From Eledone cirrhosa (Eukaryota): a stretch of DNA of 64,000 bases. The position numbers and the translations under genes were made by a program. The notes beneath the pieces were generated by a model that worked only from the letters and a program-made list of their open reading frames with translations, ran no database searches and was not told where the DNA came from. Of this stretch, positions 14,943 to 29,285 are shown piece by piece; positions within the stretch are counted from its first letter, which is position 1; every line of letters starts with the position of its first letter. Where the stretch lies: NCBI GenBank assembly GCA_964016885.1, contig OZ024766.1, positions 5,456,001 through 5,520,000 of the forward strand, written 5' to 3'.

Positions 14943-14984
14943 CACACACATATATATATATATACACACACATATATATATATT

Positions 14985-15016
<32 letters not shown>

Positions 15017-15264
15017 CACACACATATATATATATACACACACACACATATATATATTTACACACACTCATATATATATATATAGACACACACACCTATA
15101 TATATATATACACACACACCTATATATATATATACACACACACCTATATATATATATACACACACACATATATATATATGTACACACATATATGTGTGTA
15201 CATATATATATACACACACACACATATATATATTTACTCATATATATATATATATACACACACA

Positions 15265-15338
<74 letters not shown>

Positions 15339-15389
15339 GATATACACACACACATATATTTGTAGATAGTGTGTTTATCCTTAGATAGC

Positions 15390-15549
15390 GACAAGGTGAG
15401 AGAGAGAGAGAAGAGGTGACAAGGTGACAGAGAGAGAGAGAGAGAGAGAGACAAGAGGTGACAAGGTGACAGAGAGAGAGAGAGAGAGAGAGAAGAGGCA
15501 ACAAGGTGACAGAGAGAGAGAGAGAGAGAGAGAGAAGAGGTGACAAGGT

Positions 15550-15586
<37 letters not shown>

Positions 15587-15636
15587 TGACAAGGTGACAG
15601 AGAGAGAGAGAGAGAGACAAGAGGTGACAAGGTGAC

Positions 15637-15668
<32 letters not shown>

Positions 15669-16050
15669 TGACAGAGAGAGAGAGAGAAGAGGTGACAAGG
15701 TGACAGAGAGAGAGAGAAGAGGTGACAAGATGACAGGGAGAGAGAGAGAGAGAAGAGGTGACAAGGTGACAGAGAGAGAGAGAAGAGGTGACAAGGTGAC
15801 AGAGAGAGAGAGAAGAGGTGACAAGGTGACAGAGAGAGAGAGAGAAGAGGAGACAAGGTGACAGAGAGAGAGAGAGAAGAGGTGACAAGGTGACAGAGAG
15901 AGGGAGAGAGAGACAAGAAGTGACAAGGTGACGGAGAGAGACAAGGTGATAGACAAGAGGTGACAAGGTGACAGAGAGAGAGAGGGAGAGAGACAAGGGG
16001 TGACAAAGAGACAGAGAGAGACAACAGGTGACAAGGTGAGAGAGAGAGAG
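15390..16050. repeat. Compound repeat gaggtgacaaggtgaca + (GA)n
   Basis: Direct observation. Confidence 0.95.
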
Positions 16051-16069
16051 TGTCTGTGTGTCTACTTAC

Positions 16070-16175
16070 TGCTATCAGTTGTACAGGTTTGGAGTGTAAT
16101 TTGTCGACGATGTAGAGGGGCTCATTCTTTCCTTTGCCATCGTAGACGTAGATTTCGTGACTGTCCTTGTCAGCT
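16070..16175 (-). CDS. PPWD1: PPWD1 exon 6 (ADKDSHEIYVYDGKGKNEPLYIVDKLHSKPVQLIA)
   Basis: Matches IYDGRG..PL...DKLH; tacag / gtaagt sites. Confidence 0.93.
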
Positions 16176-16259
16176 CTGTAGCACACCGCAGCCCGCAGAT
16201 AGAAAGACATAGAATACACACACATATATAAATATATATACACACATATATATATATAT

Positions 16260-16410
16260 CTAGGGCAGGTAAAATTCCCGAGATCCATGGACGAGTTCTC
16301 TCCAGCGGCCTCTGTCCCTCATTATCGCTGCCATGTCCTGCGTCTCCAACAGACCAGTGTCTGTCCTTAGGGCATCAACATACGTTAACCTTGGTCTTCC
16401 CCTTCCTTCG
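16260..16410 (-). mobile_element. RTE-type LINE 3' end, different family
   Basis: GRGRPRLTYVDALRTDTG...MRDRGRWRELV. Confidence 0.7.
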
Positions 16411-16411
16411 T

Positions 16412-16452
<41 letters not shown>

Positions 16453-17304
16453 CGAAGTAAATGTGGTAAGGAACCAGATGGACCATAACGCACCAAAGTA
16501 CTCAATACTTAGGGTAGTAGAGTGGGTAATAGGAACGAGTAGGACGCCGACGGTAGAGCTCAAGCCGTTTCGACGGCTAATTCTGGAGTCCAGAATTAGC
16601 CGTCGAAACGGCTTGAGCTCTGCCGTCGGGGTCATACTTGTTCTTATATATATATATATATATATATCCAAGGAGTGTAACTTGGAGTTACTGTAGGTTC
16701 ACCCGAGTGAGCACTCAATGTTTAGGTTCACTTCAGTGTCGAGGTGTAGAGCTAGATCAATACAGATCGAACCCTGAGCTGATCAGTGGCGAAACGCGCG
16801 TCACCAACCAATAAATGTAATGGAGGAGTAACCAATCACCCTTGTTATCTTTTCACTATATATATATATATATAGTTATGTAATAAACTATTAGTTATTA
16901 CATAACTATTAAGCTCTGTTACCTACATAGAGCACTCTTTTTTCCTGGACTTTTCCGATGGGATTACTTCATTTATATATATATATATAAATGTTTGTAT
17001 ATGTATAATAAAGCCAAAACAATGCAGGTATGGACATAGAATAAAGAATGCAAATGCAAAAGATATTGTTGACAATTAGTCTTTTACCTTAGATTTATTT
17101 AAATGTCCTAAATTTTCGAGATAATATCTCTTCTTCAGAGGGAAGTAGAGCGGTTAAACCAGTGTTCTAAATAGCTTGCCCAACAATATCTTTTGCATTT
17201 GCATTCTTTATTCTATGTCCATACCTGCATTGTTTTGGCTTTATTATACATATACAAACGTTTATACCTCATTACACAATGCTTCAAGTGAACTATAACC
17301 TCCT

Positions 17305-17338
<34 letters not shown>

Positions 17339-17340
17339 GA

Positions 17341-17480
17341 AAGGTGACCTCAGATTGCTGAAGCTCACACAGGAGATGACGAAGGACCGTGACAAATGGA
17401 GAGATGCTGTGCTGAATAAAACCCGCCTCACCCTTACAAGCAGGGAAAAGCGGACATATGATGATGATGATGATGATGAT
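17341..17480 (+). mobile_element. RTE LINE 3' end with (GAT)n tail running up to the PPWD1 exon 5 donor
   Basis: DLRLLKLTQEMTKDRDKWRDAVL. Confidence 0.8.
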
Positions 17481-17585
17481 GGTGCTGATGATGGTGATGA
17501 TGATGGCGGTGATGGTGATGACGATGATGATGGTGATGATGATGATGATGATGATGATGATGGTGATGGTGATGATGATACTTAC

Positions 17586-17673
17586 ATAGCCAAAGCAGTG
17601 ACAACATCACCTGCTGTAAACAACCAACAACAGCAGCAGGGTTTGAAAGTTAGCTTCAACATATTAATCATAT
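17586..17673 (-). CDS. PPWD1: PPWD1 exon 5 (DMINMLKLTFKPCCCCWLFTAGDVVTALAI)
   Basis: DMINMLKL motif; tacag / gtaagt sites. Confidence 0.92.
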
Positions 17674-17742
17674 CTGTAACAGAGTGAGGATATAATATAT
17701 ATCTCTAACAAAAATACACCCCCGTCCCACTATATATATATT

Positions 17743-18125
17743 TCATCATCATCATCGTTTAACATCCATCTTCCAAGCTTGCATGGGTTTGGACGGGAGA
17801 TTTCCCACTTGAGGCAAGATTGGTTGTCTTGCTTGTATAGGACTGTCTGGCGGGTTTTCTACGGCTGGATGCCCTTCCCAACACCAACCACGTTTACAGT
17901 GTGGGACTGGGAGGTTTTTACCGTGTTACCTACACGGCCACATTACAGCGTGGACTGTGTTTTTTTGTCGTGACACCTACACGTCTGGCGGGTTTTCTAC
18001 GGCTGGATGCCCTTCCTAACACCAACCACATTTACAGTGTGGGACTGGGAGGTTTTTACCGTGTTACCTACACGGCCACATTACAGCGTGCCTGTGTGTT
18101 TTTTTGTCGTGACACCTACACGACC
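17743..18125 (-). mobile_element. Non-autonomous retroposon 3' part with (GAT)n tail; copies at ~30305-30503, ~31823-31928, ~55147-55533 (+)
   Basis: Repeated block ccgtagaaaacccgccagacagtcctat..ccatgcaagc.tgg..ggacgttaaacgatgatg. Confidence 0.7.
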
Positions 18126-18858
18126 TCATTTGTTTCGGACTGGATGTTGTGGTACCAACATAACTTTACATTGAAAGGGGTGGTGTGGATGGGGTGGGGG
18201 TAGTGCGACAGCAGAGCTCAAACATTTCGACGGCTAATTCTGGACAGAATTAGCCGTCGAAATGGCTTGAGCTCAGCCACCGGGGTCCTACTCGTTCCTA
18301 TATATATATTTATGTGTGTGAGAGACCCAGGCTCCATCAGGGTAAAACCTCAGTAAGTAAGGTACTCAATACATTGGTAGAGTGTATACATCATGTTTAA
18401 TATAGAAATGGCTTCTACAGGACTAGAACTGTTTCATTCGAAAGAAATCTTATATATATATATATATATATATGTGTATATATATATAACATATATATAT
18501 CTGATGCCAGCATGGAAAAATTGCTGCATGCTACCATGCTCACCACTACAACCACCACCACTACATCCACCACCACCACTACAACCACCACCACCACTAC
18601 ACCCACCACCACTACAGCCACCAACACCACCACCACCACCACTACAACCACCAATGGTATGTTTACACCAGTAGATGACAACCTATTCCTAGTATATATA
18701 CATCCCTGACTCTACTAGCACCATCAACCACACCACCACCACCACCACCTAGACCACCACACCACCACCAGTACTACAACACCACACCACACCACCACTA
18801 TCTTTTCCTGCACCAAAAGTACATTAAAACTTCTGACCTCCTAATGACACTTAGTTTC

Positions 18859-18897
<39 letters not shown>

Positions 18898-18987
18898 GTA
18901 TGTATATGTGTATATATGTATATGTGTATGTATATATATATATATATGTATATGTGCATATATATATATATAAATATATTATGTATG

Positions 18988-19023
<36 letters not shown>

Positions 19024-19141
19024 TACATATATATATACATATACATATATACACATATACATATATATACATATATACATACATACACATATACATATAT
19101 ATTATGTATATATACAGATACATATATATTTATCTGTATAT

Positions 19142-19172
<31 letters not shown>

Positions 19173-19273
19173 CACATATATATACATACACATATACACA
19201 TATACATATACATACATACACATATACATATATATTATGTATATATATATATAGACACATATATATTTATATA

Positions 19274-19315
<42 letters not shown>

Positions 19316-19743
19316 TATATACATATATATATACATATACATACACATATACATATAGACATATATATATATACACATATACATATAGACATATATATAT
19401 ATACATACATACATATATATACACACACACACACACATATATATACACACACACATGGAAGGAAGAGAGAGAGAGTAGGGTGTTGTAAGTGCAAACATAC
19501 CAAGGCCTCCATGTTTTGTCTAGCTTATTGTTTACATTAAACTGTCGAACTATATATATATATATATACATACACATACATATATACACACATTACATAC
19601 ACACACATATATATATATACACACACATACACCTACATATATACACACACCTACCCACTCCATTTTATGCACCGCCACCATCACAGACCAAATTTCTCAC
19701 CTTTAGTCAGCCTGCAATCCAGCTGTGTATGTATGTATATATA

Positions 19744-19791
<48 letters not shown>

Positions 19792-19792
19792 C

Positions 19793-19833
<41 letters not shown>

Positions 19834-19873
19834 CATATGTGTATATATATATATATATACATACATATCTGTG

Positions 19874-19905
<32 letters not shown>

Positions 19906-20033
19906 TATATACACACACATATATGTGAGTAGGAAATGAATGTACAACCATGTTTTTGCAAATCAAAATCCTAAACCATACAGCCATGACTGTGTATGTA
20001 TATTAATGTATATAATATATATATACATTAATT

Positions 20034-20628
20034 GAGGCACATGGCTCAGTGGTTAGAGCATTGGCCTTGCAATCGAAAGGTTGTGAGTTCAATTCTCAGA
20101 CCGGGTAATGTGTTGTTTCCTTGAGCAAGACACTTTATTTCACATTGCTCCAGTTTACTCAGCTGTAGAAATGAGATGATTGGGTCTGGGGTCCCTATCA
20201 TTGCACTGCAAAGTGGTCGTGGAGGTGCCACGGCAAAAAAGCACCCAGCACTCACTGTAAATGAGGTTGGTGTTAGGAAGGGCATCCAGCTGTAGAAATG
20301 AGATGATAAGGACTGGGGTCCCTATCATTCCACTGCAAAGTGGTCGTGGAGGTGCCACGGCAAAAAAAGCACCCACCACTCACTGTAAATGAGGTTGGTG
20401 TTAGGAAGGGCATCCAGCTGTAGAAATGAGATGATAGGGACTGGGGTCCATATCATTCCACTGCAAAGTGGTCGTGGAGGTGCCACGGCAAAAAAGTACC
20501 CAGCACTCACTGTAAATGAGGTTGGTGTTAGGAAGGGCATCCAGCTGTAGAGATCAAGCCAGAATCAGTTCCCGTCCCACCCTTGCAAGCAGGGAAAAGT
20601 GGACGTAAAATGATGATGATGATGATGA
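20034..20628 (+). mobile_element. SINE family 1 with triplicated ~130-bp internal segment
   Basis: Identity to the other copies; internal tandem duplication bounded by cagctgtagaaat. Confidence 0.85.
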
Positions 20629-20781
20629 TATAAGTTTATCCCAGGTTCAATCGGGGGTAACCACAGTAAGTAAGATACTCAATACATAGCAGAGTATAAA
20701 TGTTTAATATAAAAAAGTAGAAGCTTTTCGATATATAATATATATATATATATATATTTATTTATTAAAATAACAGATTAA

Positions 20782-20832
20782 AGTTTAAGCAAAGAATCGC
20801 TGCTTTCACCCTTAACGGGATCTTCTGAAACT
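20782..20832 (-). ncRNA. Hammerhead-like motif, family F (core variant CAGAAGA)
   Basis: Reverse complement agttt-CAGAAGA-tccc gttaa gggt-GAAA-gca gcgattctt tgc-TT^-aaact. Confidence 0.55.
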
Positions 20833-20867
20833 AACAAAGTCAAATTATTATTATTATTACTACTATA

Positions 20868-21188
20868 TCATCATTTCATTTTACGTCCACTTTTCCCTGC
20901 TTGCAAGGGTGGGACGGGAACTGATGCTGGCTTGATCTCTACGGCTGGATGCCCTTCCTAACACCAACCTCATTTACAGTGAGTGCTGGGTGCTTTTTTG
21001 CTGTGGCACCTCCACGACCACTTTGCAGTGGAATGATAGGGACCCCAGTCCCTATCATCTCATTTCTACAGCTGAGTAAACTGGAGCAATGTGAAATAAA
21101 GTGTCTTGCTCACATCACCCGGTCTGAGAATTGAACTCACAACCTTTCGATTGCAAGGCCAATGCTCTAACCACTAAGCCATGTGCCT
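20868..21188 (-). mobile_element. SINE family 1
   Basis: Identity to the other copies. Confidence 0.85.
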
Positions 21189-21366
21189 ATATATATATAT
21201 ATATTATATATATATATATATATTCACACACACACACACACATATATATATATACACACACAGATATATATATATTCACACAGACATATATATATACAAA
21301 TATATATATATATACATATATATAGAGATAGATGTATATACATAATCTATCTCTATATATATGTAG

Positions 21367-21427
<61 letters not shown>

Positions 21428-21587
21428 TATATATAGAGATAGATGTATATACATACAACTATCTCTATATATATGTAGATGTGTATATATATATATAGAT
21501 AGATGTATATACATACATCTATCTCTATATATATATATATACATATATATATAGATAGATGTATATACATACATCTATCTCTATATA

Positions 21588-21625
<38 letters not shown>

Positions 21626-21679
21626 TACATATATATAGAGATAGATGTATATACATACAACTATCTCTATATATATGTA

Positions 21680-21723
<44 letters not shown>

Positions 21724-21763
21724 TATAGAGATAGATGTATATACATACATCTATCTCTATATA

Positions 21764-21817
<54 letters not shown>

Positions 21818-21862
21818 TATAGAGATAGATGTATATACATACATCTATCTCTATATATATGT

Positions 21863-21905
<43 letters not shown>

Positions 21906-22246
21906 TACCTATATACCATCACCACCACCACCAACAGACATACCCTGGTATCTCACACTCTAAAAGTACAACATACATTTTAGGGTAGTAGCGGTGGTGG
22001 GTGAAGGACATAAAACAGGAAGAGGGTGGTGGTGGTGGTGGTGGTGACGGTGGAGGGGACAAAAGGATTATTTAGTCTGTCTGTGCAGTGACAGCCCCCC
22101 CCCCCTCCCTGATACCTCATGACTGACCTCTGTTGGACACCTTCCACCCCACAATTGACAACACCTGTTGGACACCAAAACAAAGCTGACTAGTTGTGAG
22201 TGGAGGGGGTCAAATTTGGGGGATGACATTGTATAGTGTGTGTGTG

Positions 22247-22302
<56 letters not shown>

Positions 22303-22358
22303 TATACATTTATATGTAGAAATATATATATATATATTTCTACATATATATGTATATG

Positions 22359-22428
<70 letters not shown>

Positions 22429-22498
22429 TATATATGTAGAAATATATACATATATATACACACATACACATATACATATATATGTAGAAATATATATG

Positions 22499-22530
<32 letters not shown>

Positions 22531-22591
22531 TATATATGTAGAAATATATATATATATATATATACACACACATATACATATATATGTAGAA

Positions 22592-22624
<33 letters not shown>

Positions 22625-22725
22625 TATATATGTAGAAATATATATATACATATATATATATATATACACACACATATATATATGTATATATATATATATA
22701 CACACATATACATATATATGTAGAA

Positions 22726-22764
<39 letters not shown>

Positions 22765-22775
22765 TATATATGTAG

Positions 22776-22814
<39 letters not shown>

Positions 22815-22949
22815 TATATATATATATATATATACACACACTCATATACATATATACGTAGAAATATATATATACATACATACATATATATACATTCACA
22901 CACAAACACATATATATATACACTCACATATATACATACATATATACAT

Positions 22950-22983
<34 letters not shown>

Positions 22984-23708
22984 CATAAAACATGTCTATA
23001 GAATCACAAGATAAAATATATACCATTTCCTCTCCCAATTAGCATAATTAACCATATAAAAAATCGAATAGACCAGGCTATAAGAATGAGGCTTCTATGA
23101 AGAAATCTCCAACAAATAACCGAAACTAACCCTTCGTGTCGGCTGCAATGGAATATTTATCGAATATTTTGACAGCGTAATTGCCCAGATATATATATAT
23201 ATATATATTTAGACAGGGGGGAAGAAAAAATGGCTTCACTTGTGCTTTCAACAAATTTATTTTCTTCGCACCTCAGCGTGAAAGGTCTTTCTAAAAACGA
23301 AACAATACCTCCTACGTTAACCAAGAACTCCTAAGACCTAACCAACAACCAACAACTTAATTTATAAAATAATTTTTTTTAAGAAAAATTCTTTTGGGAT
23401 TTTGTGAAGAAAATAAATTTGTTGAAAGCACAAGTGAAGCCATTTTTTCTTCCCCCCTGTCTTAATATACCTAACTGTACCAAGGATTACACACATTTTC
23501 CAATATATATATTTATATATATATATATTTAGCAAAAGTGAAAAACAATCCTCAATGTAAATTATATTTGAAAAAGAAAATTCTAAAAATGACTTTTTCT
23601 GCTTTCTGTTGTTGTTTAATACTGAAATATTTTACAATACATATAGTTCTTGGATACGATATATATATATATCATAAAATATTAGAATATCTTACAATAT
23701 ATATATAT

Positions 23709-24047
23709 GGAGGCACATGGCTTAGTGGTTAGAGCATTGGCCTTGCAATCGAAAGGTTGTGAGTTCAATTCTCAGACCGGGTGATGTGTTGTATCCTTGA
23801 GCAAGACACTTTATTTCACATTGCTCCAGTTTACTCAGCTGTAGAAATGAGATGATAGGGACTTGGGTCCCTATCATTCCACTGCAAAGTGGTCGTGGAG
23901 GTGCCACGGCAAAAAAAGCACCCAGCACTCACTGTAAAATGAGGTTGGTGTTAGGAAGGGCATCCAGCTGCAGAAATCAAGCCAGAATCAGTTCCCGTCC
24001 CACCCTTGGAAGCAGGGAAAAGTGGACGTAAAATGATGATGATGATG
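23709..24047 (+). mobile_element. SINE family 1, full length
   Basis: Identity to the other copies. Confidence 0.85.
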
Positions 24048-24529
24048 ATATAAAGTACCATTAATACACTGGGGTAATTGCTGGCCTTGTGCCAAAAGTA
24101 GAAACAATTATATGACAAGAAAACTAATAAAATGTTATAGTTTGCTTGAAGCATTGTATATGATTTACAACGCTGAACAATGTAATATGGACTGTAAGAT
24201 GAGGTAACGAAATTTAAAAGTTACCTGGTAATATTTGTTTTGTTTTGCTGTTGTTCTTCTTTTATCTGTCCAATATTTCGGACCTAAAGGTCTCTTCTTC
24301 AGGCTTTAAGGAAGAAGATTGTTCCAAGGATAGTGTTTTTTTGTTTTTTCCATTTCTACATTAACAACAACACTAATACTAACCAATCAGGGTTATCCCC
24401 CATCCACAGACATTTTCACACTGACCAACCTGGGGGTAATTCATAATACTAGTAATGACACCTTAGTCAAGCTCAGCAACCGTCATCTGTCTTAATTGTG
24501 CGTATGTCATCGGACAAGAAGACACATAC

Positions 24530-25453
24530 ATCATCATCATCATCATCATCACCGTTTTACGTCTGTTCTTCCACCCTAGCAAGGGTTAGACGAGTTGTCT
24601 TGTTGTGGGAAGTGTCCGGTCGGCTGACTATGCCTTGCTCATACGGGAACTGATTCTGGCCTGATTTCTACAGCTGGATGCCCTTCGTAACACCAACCTC
24701 ATTTACAGTGTGGGCTGGGTGCTTTTTTTCCGTGGCACCTCCACGACCACTTTACAGAGTGGACTGGGTGCTTTTTTTCCGTGGCACCTCCACGACCACT
24801 TTACAGAGTGGACTGGGTGCTTTTTTGCCGTGGCACCTCCACGACCACTTTACAGTCTGCTTTTCCCTGCTTGCAAGGGTGGGACGGGAACTGATTCTGG
24901 CTTGATTTCTACAGCTGGATGCCCTTCGTAACACCAACCTCATTTACAGTGAGTGCTGGGTGCTTTTCATTCCATGGCGCAAACCCATACAAATTGTGCC
25001 TATATCTTGGGAAGACCCAAGATGACCTGAGATGAGGTGATAAAAGCCTACCTTACCCAATTACACCTCTCAAAAGCGATGACACATGACCGTGACCTCT
25101 GCCGTCATGTAGTAATACAGAGTACCCGACCTCCCATGGGTACAAGCTGAAGCATATAGACAATATGCCCCCACACCCCCCACTGCAAGGTGGTCATGGA
25201 GGTGCCACGGCATAAAAGCACTCAGCCCACACTGTAAAGTGGACGTGTAGGGGCCACGGTAAAAAAGCACCTAGCACTCACTGTAAATGAGGTTGGTGTT
25301 AGGAAGGGCATCCAGCTGTAGAAATCAAGTCAAAATCAGTTCCCGTATGAGCAAGGCATGGTCAGCCGACCAGACACTGCCCACAACAGGACAACCCGTC
25401 TAACCCATGCTAGCGTGGAAGAACGGACGTAAAACGGTGATGATGATGATGAT
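24530..25453. mobile_element. Cluster of SINE 3' fragments with an alternative tail (24530-24965 minus, 25180-25453 plus) around a decayed RTE fragment
   Basis: Shared gttggtgttaggaagggcatccagctgtagaaatcaag segment; (GAT)n tails pointing outward. Confidence 0.7.
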
Positions 25454-25759
25454 CTTGTGTGTGTTAATGGGGAGGAGGTCCTTTAATCGGATCTGCACAA
25501 CACATGCCATGGAGAAGAGGCCATCATCTCCATTGATGGAAAATGGAAGACAGGCCTTCATGTGACTGTAGGGACGCTGACCAGACAATACTGCATGTTA
25601 TTCGGGCTTGCTCCCACCTCAGATGTTTTCTGCACATCACAAACGAGGAAGGACAGGCCTTCATATGACAGCCGGCCTGTGGGCAATCCATAATACTACA
25701 AATGACACCACAGTCTGGTACCCCAATCTCGAGCTGTCTCTAACTATTGTGTATATGAG

Positions 25760-26217
25760 CAGTCTCTGTTAGGCTTTTCGAAGGTGGGCCGTCTCTCTTA
25801 GACTTGTCGAAGGTGGGCAGTCTCTGTTAGGCTTGTCGAACGTGGGCCATCTCTTTTAGACTTGTCGAAGGTGGGCAGTCTCTGTTAGGTTTGTCGAAGG
25901 TGGGCAGTCTCTGTTAGGCTTGTCGAAGGTGGGCAGTCTCTGTTAGGCTTGTCGAAGGTGGGCAGTCTCTGTTAGACTTGTCGAATGTGGGCGGTCTCTG
26001 TTAGGTTTGTCGAAGGTGGGCAGTCTCTGTTAGGCTTGTCGAAGGTGGGCAGTCTCTGTTAGGTTTGTCGAAGGTGGGCAGTCTCTGCTAGGCTTGTCGA
26101 ATGTGGGCAGTCTCTGTTAGACTTGTCGAACATGGGCCATCTCTTTTAGACTTGTCGAATGTGGGCGGTCTCTGTTAGGCTTGTCGAATGTGGGCAGTCT
26201 CTGTTAGACTTGTCGAA
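25760..26217. repeat. 29-bp minisatellite, ~15 copies
   Basis: Unit gtgggcagtctctgttaggcttgtcgaag. Confidence 0.95.
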
Positions 26218-26308
26218 AAGAAGACTGTTCCAAGTATTACATTTTTCTTTCCATTTCTACATTAACAACAAGAGTAGCAACAACAACAACACCTCATTCA
26301 ATACTAAC

Positions 26309-26404
26309 CAAAGTTGACAACATCGAAGACCTTGACAGACTTGTCATTGGATATTGTGCAGTAGTACTCCCCATTGCTGCTGGCGGCAACATCTTGAATA
26401 TTAC
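26309..26404 (-). CDS. PPWD1: PPWD1 exon 4 (GNIQDVAASSNGEYYCTISNDKSVKVFDVVNFD)
   Basis: KVFDVVNFD motif; tttcag / gttagt sites; phases consistent. Confidence 0.93.
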
Positions 26405-26557
26405 CTGAAATAATAATAATAATAAAAATGATAACAATGACTGCACCGACCCAAGACACAGTGAGCTGTGCTCAGAAATGTAGTGACAGACCACATGGCA
26501 ACAAGACAAATAATAAGGGTTTCTGGTTGATTTAGGTACAAAGCCAGCAATATGTAA

Positions 26558-27410
26558 GATATTATGTGAGGTAAAGCCTTTACTGTGAAAATACAATAGT
26601 ATATATAGAGTAATGTAAATGTTATGTGGGATATTATGTGAGGTAAAGCCTTTACTGTGACAATACAATAGTATATATAGAGTAATGTAAATGTTATGTG
26701 AGATATTATGTGAGGTAAAGCCTTTACCGTGACAATACAATAGTATATATAGAGTAATGTAAATGTTATGTGAGATATTATGTGAGGTAAAGCCTTTACT
26801 GTGACAATACAATAGTATATATAGAGTAATGTAAATGTTATGTGAGATATTATGTGAGGTAAAGCCTTTACTGTGAAAATACAATAGTATATATAGAGTA
26901 ATGTAAATGTTATGTGAGGTATTATGTGAGGTAAAGCCTTTACTGTGAAAATACAATAGTATATATAGAGTAATGTAAATGTTATGTGAGATATTATGTG
27001 AGGTAAAGCCTTTACTGTGAATATACAATAGTATATATAGAGTAATGTAAATGTTATGTGAGATATGTGAGGTAAAGCCTTTACTGTGAAAATACAATAG
27101 TATATATAGAGTAATGTAAATGTTATGTGAGATATTATGTGAGGTAAAGCCTTTACTGTGAAAATACAATAGTATATATAGAGTAATGTAAATGTTATGT
27201 GAGATATTATGTGAGGTAAAGCCTTTACTGTGAAAATACAATAGTATATATAGAGTAATGTAAATGTTATGTGAGATATTATGTGAGGTAAAGCCTTTAC
27301 TGTGAAAATACAATAGTATATATAGAGTAATGTAAATGTTATGTGAGATATTATGTGAGGTAAAGCCTTTACTGTGAAAATACAATAGTGTGTATAAAGT
27401 AATGTAAATG
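26558..27410. repeat. 72-bp minisatellite, ~12 copies, in PPWD1 intron 3
   Basis: gaggtaaagcc recurs every 72 bp. Confidence 0.95.
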
Positions 27411-27468
27411 GTAAAGAATTAAATGTACTGGGATGTAGCGTGGTGTGGTTAAGGGAGGTAACACTCAC

Positions 27469-27572
27469 CCAAATGGCTGCGAAAGTGTTTAACAAACTCG
27501 ATGCCGGCTTCTTCCAGCTTCCGCCAGAATTTCACATGTCCATCAATACTGGCTGTGATGATAAAACCTGAT
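27469..27572 (-). CDS. PPWD1: PPWD1 exon 3 ([35 protein letters not shown])
   Basis: WD40 repeat near-identical to the PPWD1 motif [29 protein letters not shown]; AG acceptor, GTGAGT donor. Confidence 0.96.
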
Positions 27573-27799
27573 CTGAGGATAGATAGAGAGATAAATAGGG
27601 GTAGATAGATAGAGTAGATGAAGGGGTGTGGCACAGTGGAAAGGGTGTTGGTCTTACGATTAATTAGTAAAGACTTTTAAGGGATTTACTAATATTATTA
27701 ATTATTTTATTAAGATAACTTAACATACGGTCCTTATATAAGATTATGTTTCAATTTTAATAGGAACCCTTTAATACAGGTTGTTTTCAGATCATAATG

Positions 27800-28360
27800 T
27801 TAAGGGTTCAATACTTGGACAGGGTTGTGTGTTGGGTTCTTGAGCAAGACACTTCATTTTACGTTGCTCCAGTATACTCAGCTGAAAAATAAGTACCAGC
27901 AATAGCTGGGGAGTTAACCCTGTGATGGACTGGTGTCCTGTCCAGGGGGAAGTCTTGTACTCTCAGTCACTTAACACCAATGAAACTAAGACAAACTTTA
28001 ACCCTGTGATGGACTGGTGTCCTGTCCAGGGGGAAGTCTTGTACTCTCAGTCACTTAACACCAATGAAACTAAGACAGACTTTAACCCTGTGATAGACTG
28101 GTGTCCTGTCCAGGGGGAAGTCTTGTACTCTCAGTCACTTAACACCAATGAAACTAAGACAGACTTTAACCCTGTGATGGACTGGTGTCCTGTCCAGGGG
28201 GAAGTCTTGTACTCTCAGTCACTTAACACCAATGAAACTAAGACAGACTTTAACCCTGTGATGGACTGGTGTCCTGTCCAGGGGGAAGTCTTGTATTCTC
28301 AGTCTCTGTCATTTCATGCCACGAAAACCAGGATAAGCACTGGCCTGGTGTGCCCTCAGG
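27800..28360 (+). mobile_element. CORE-type SINE family 3 with ~5 tandem copies of an 84-bp 3' unit; relatives at 1-180 (+) and ~43095-43282 (-)
   Basis: CORE-like segment followed by repeated taaccctgtgatggactggtgtcctgtccagggggaa. Confidence 0.7.
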
Positions 28361-28581
28361 AGAGTTGAAACATTAGATAATGTAGTCCTAGATACACTGT
28401 GTCTGTATAAAACAAAGGATGGTCACAGCAGCACCATCTTTGATCATAGGTCTGTCTACTGTATCAAGACTGACCTAGGACTAAACACCACCACCACCAC
28501 CATCACCAGCAAATGGAGGCTGCAAAGTGGTGGTGGCAGGAGAGAGAGAGAGAGGGGACAGGAGGAGTTGTCTTTCCTTAC

Positions 28582-28684
28582 TTGGTTACCGTCACATGAG
28601 AAATCACGTCTCGGTGCATGTAGCTGTATTCATAAGTCTCGGCACGAGGGAGGTTATCCAAGTACACCTGTTCATATTGTAGCA
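28582..28684 (-). CDS. PPWD1: PPWD1 exon 2 ([35 protein letters not shown])
   Basis: Matches conserved [16 protein letters not shown]; tttcag acceptor, gtaagg donor. Confidence 0.95.
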
Positions 28685-28792
28685 CTGAAAGAGAGACAGA
28701 TAAATAGATAGAGAGATAGAGAGATAGATAGATAGGTAGATAGATAGATAAATAGATAGATAGATGGATAGATAAATAGATAAATAGATATG

Positions 28793-29285
28793 TTTCTTTA
28801 TTAGCCACAGGGGTACAAAAGAAGGGGACACATACAAAGGGGGAAGTTTACATACAATAAAAACGTGTAAAATGTTATCACAAATGCAATTTAAAAAGTT
28901 AGTCGATTTTCCCCAATAGGGGAGACAGTTCATATGGGTAACACATACCCCCGAAAAAATATGCAACCCTCATCTCCAGGAGTACGAAGAGCTTGTACCC
29001 CTTTCCTCTCTTCCTCTTCCTCAACCTACAGGCTGATATAGAAAGAAGGCCCATTCACTGGGGCCATTCTCGCCACCTTCACCCACCTTTCATAAAACTT
29101 GCTGGGGTACAGCACCTCTCTCTCCATCCTGACTCTTCTTCCAAAGTGGTATTTGAAAAAAAAGAATCAGTTGTTGGCCGGAGAGAAAGGTGTCTGACCT
29201 CAGCCCTTTCAACCTTGTCCACCATACAACCTCTTTCGCCATAGCTATCACACAGAGGAAAACCGCCTCTCCTTCGTTTTTGAAG
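28793..29285 (-). mobile_element. L1/Tx1-like LINE 3' fragment inserted in (GATA)n
   Basis: AMAKEVVWWTRLK...F.ERW C-terminal pattern (frameshifted); ends gtggctaataaagaaa; (GATA)n on both sides. Confidence 0.55.

Noticed and set aside
16741-16806. GAAACGCGCGTC^ACC hammerhead 3' half
   Set aside because: No CUGANGA core upstream of the apparent stem II; at best a decayed ribozyme
24267-24304. CTGAAGAAGAGACC..GGTCCGAAATATT (minus); similar motifs at 17107-17141, 30612, 40695 and ~43815-43852
   Set aside because: Stem I is weak or missing, or the motif is truncated; not counted among the ten hammerheads
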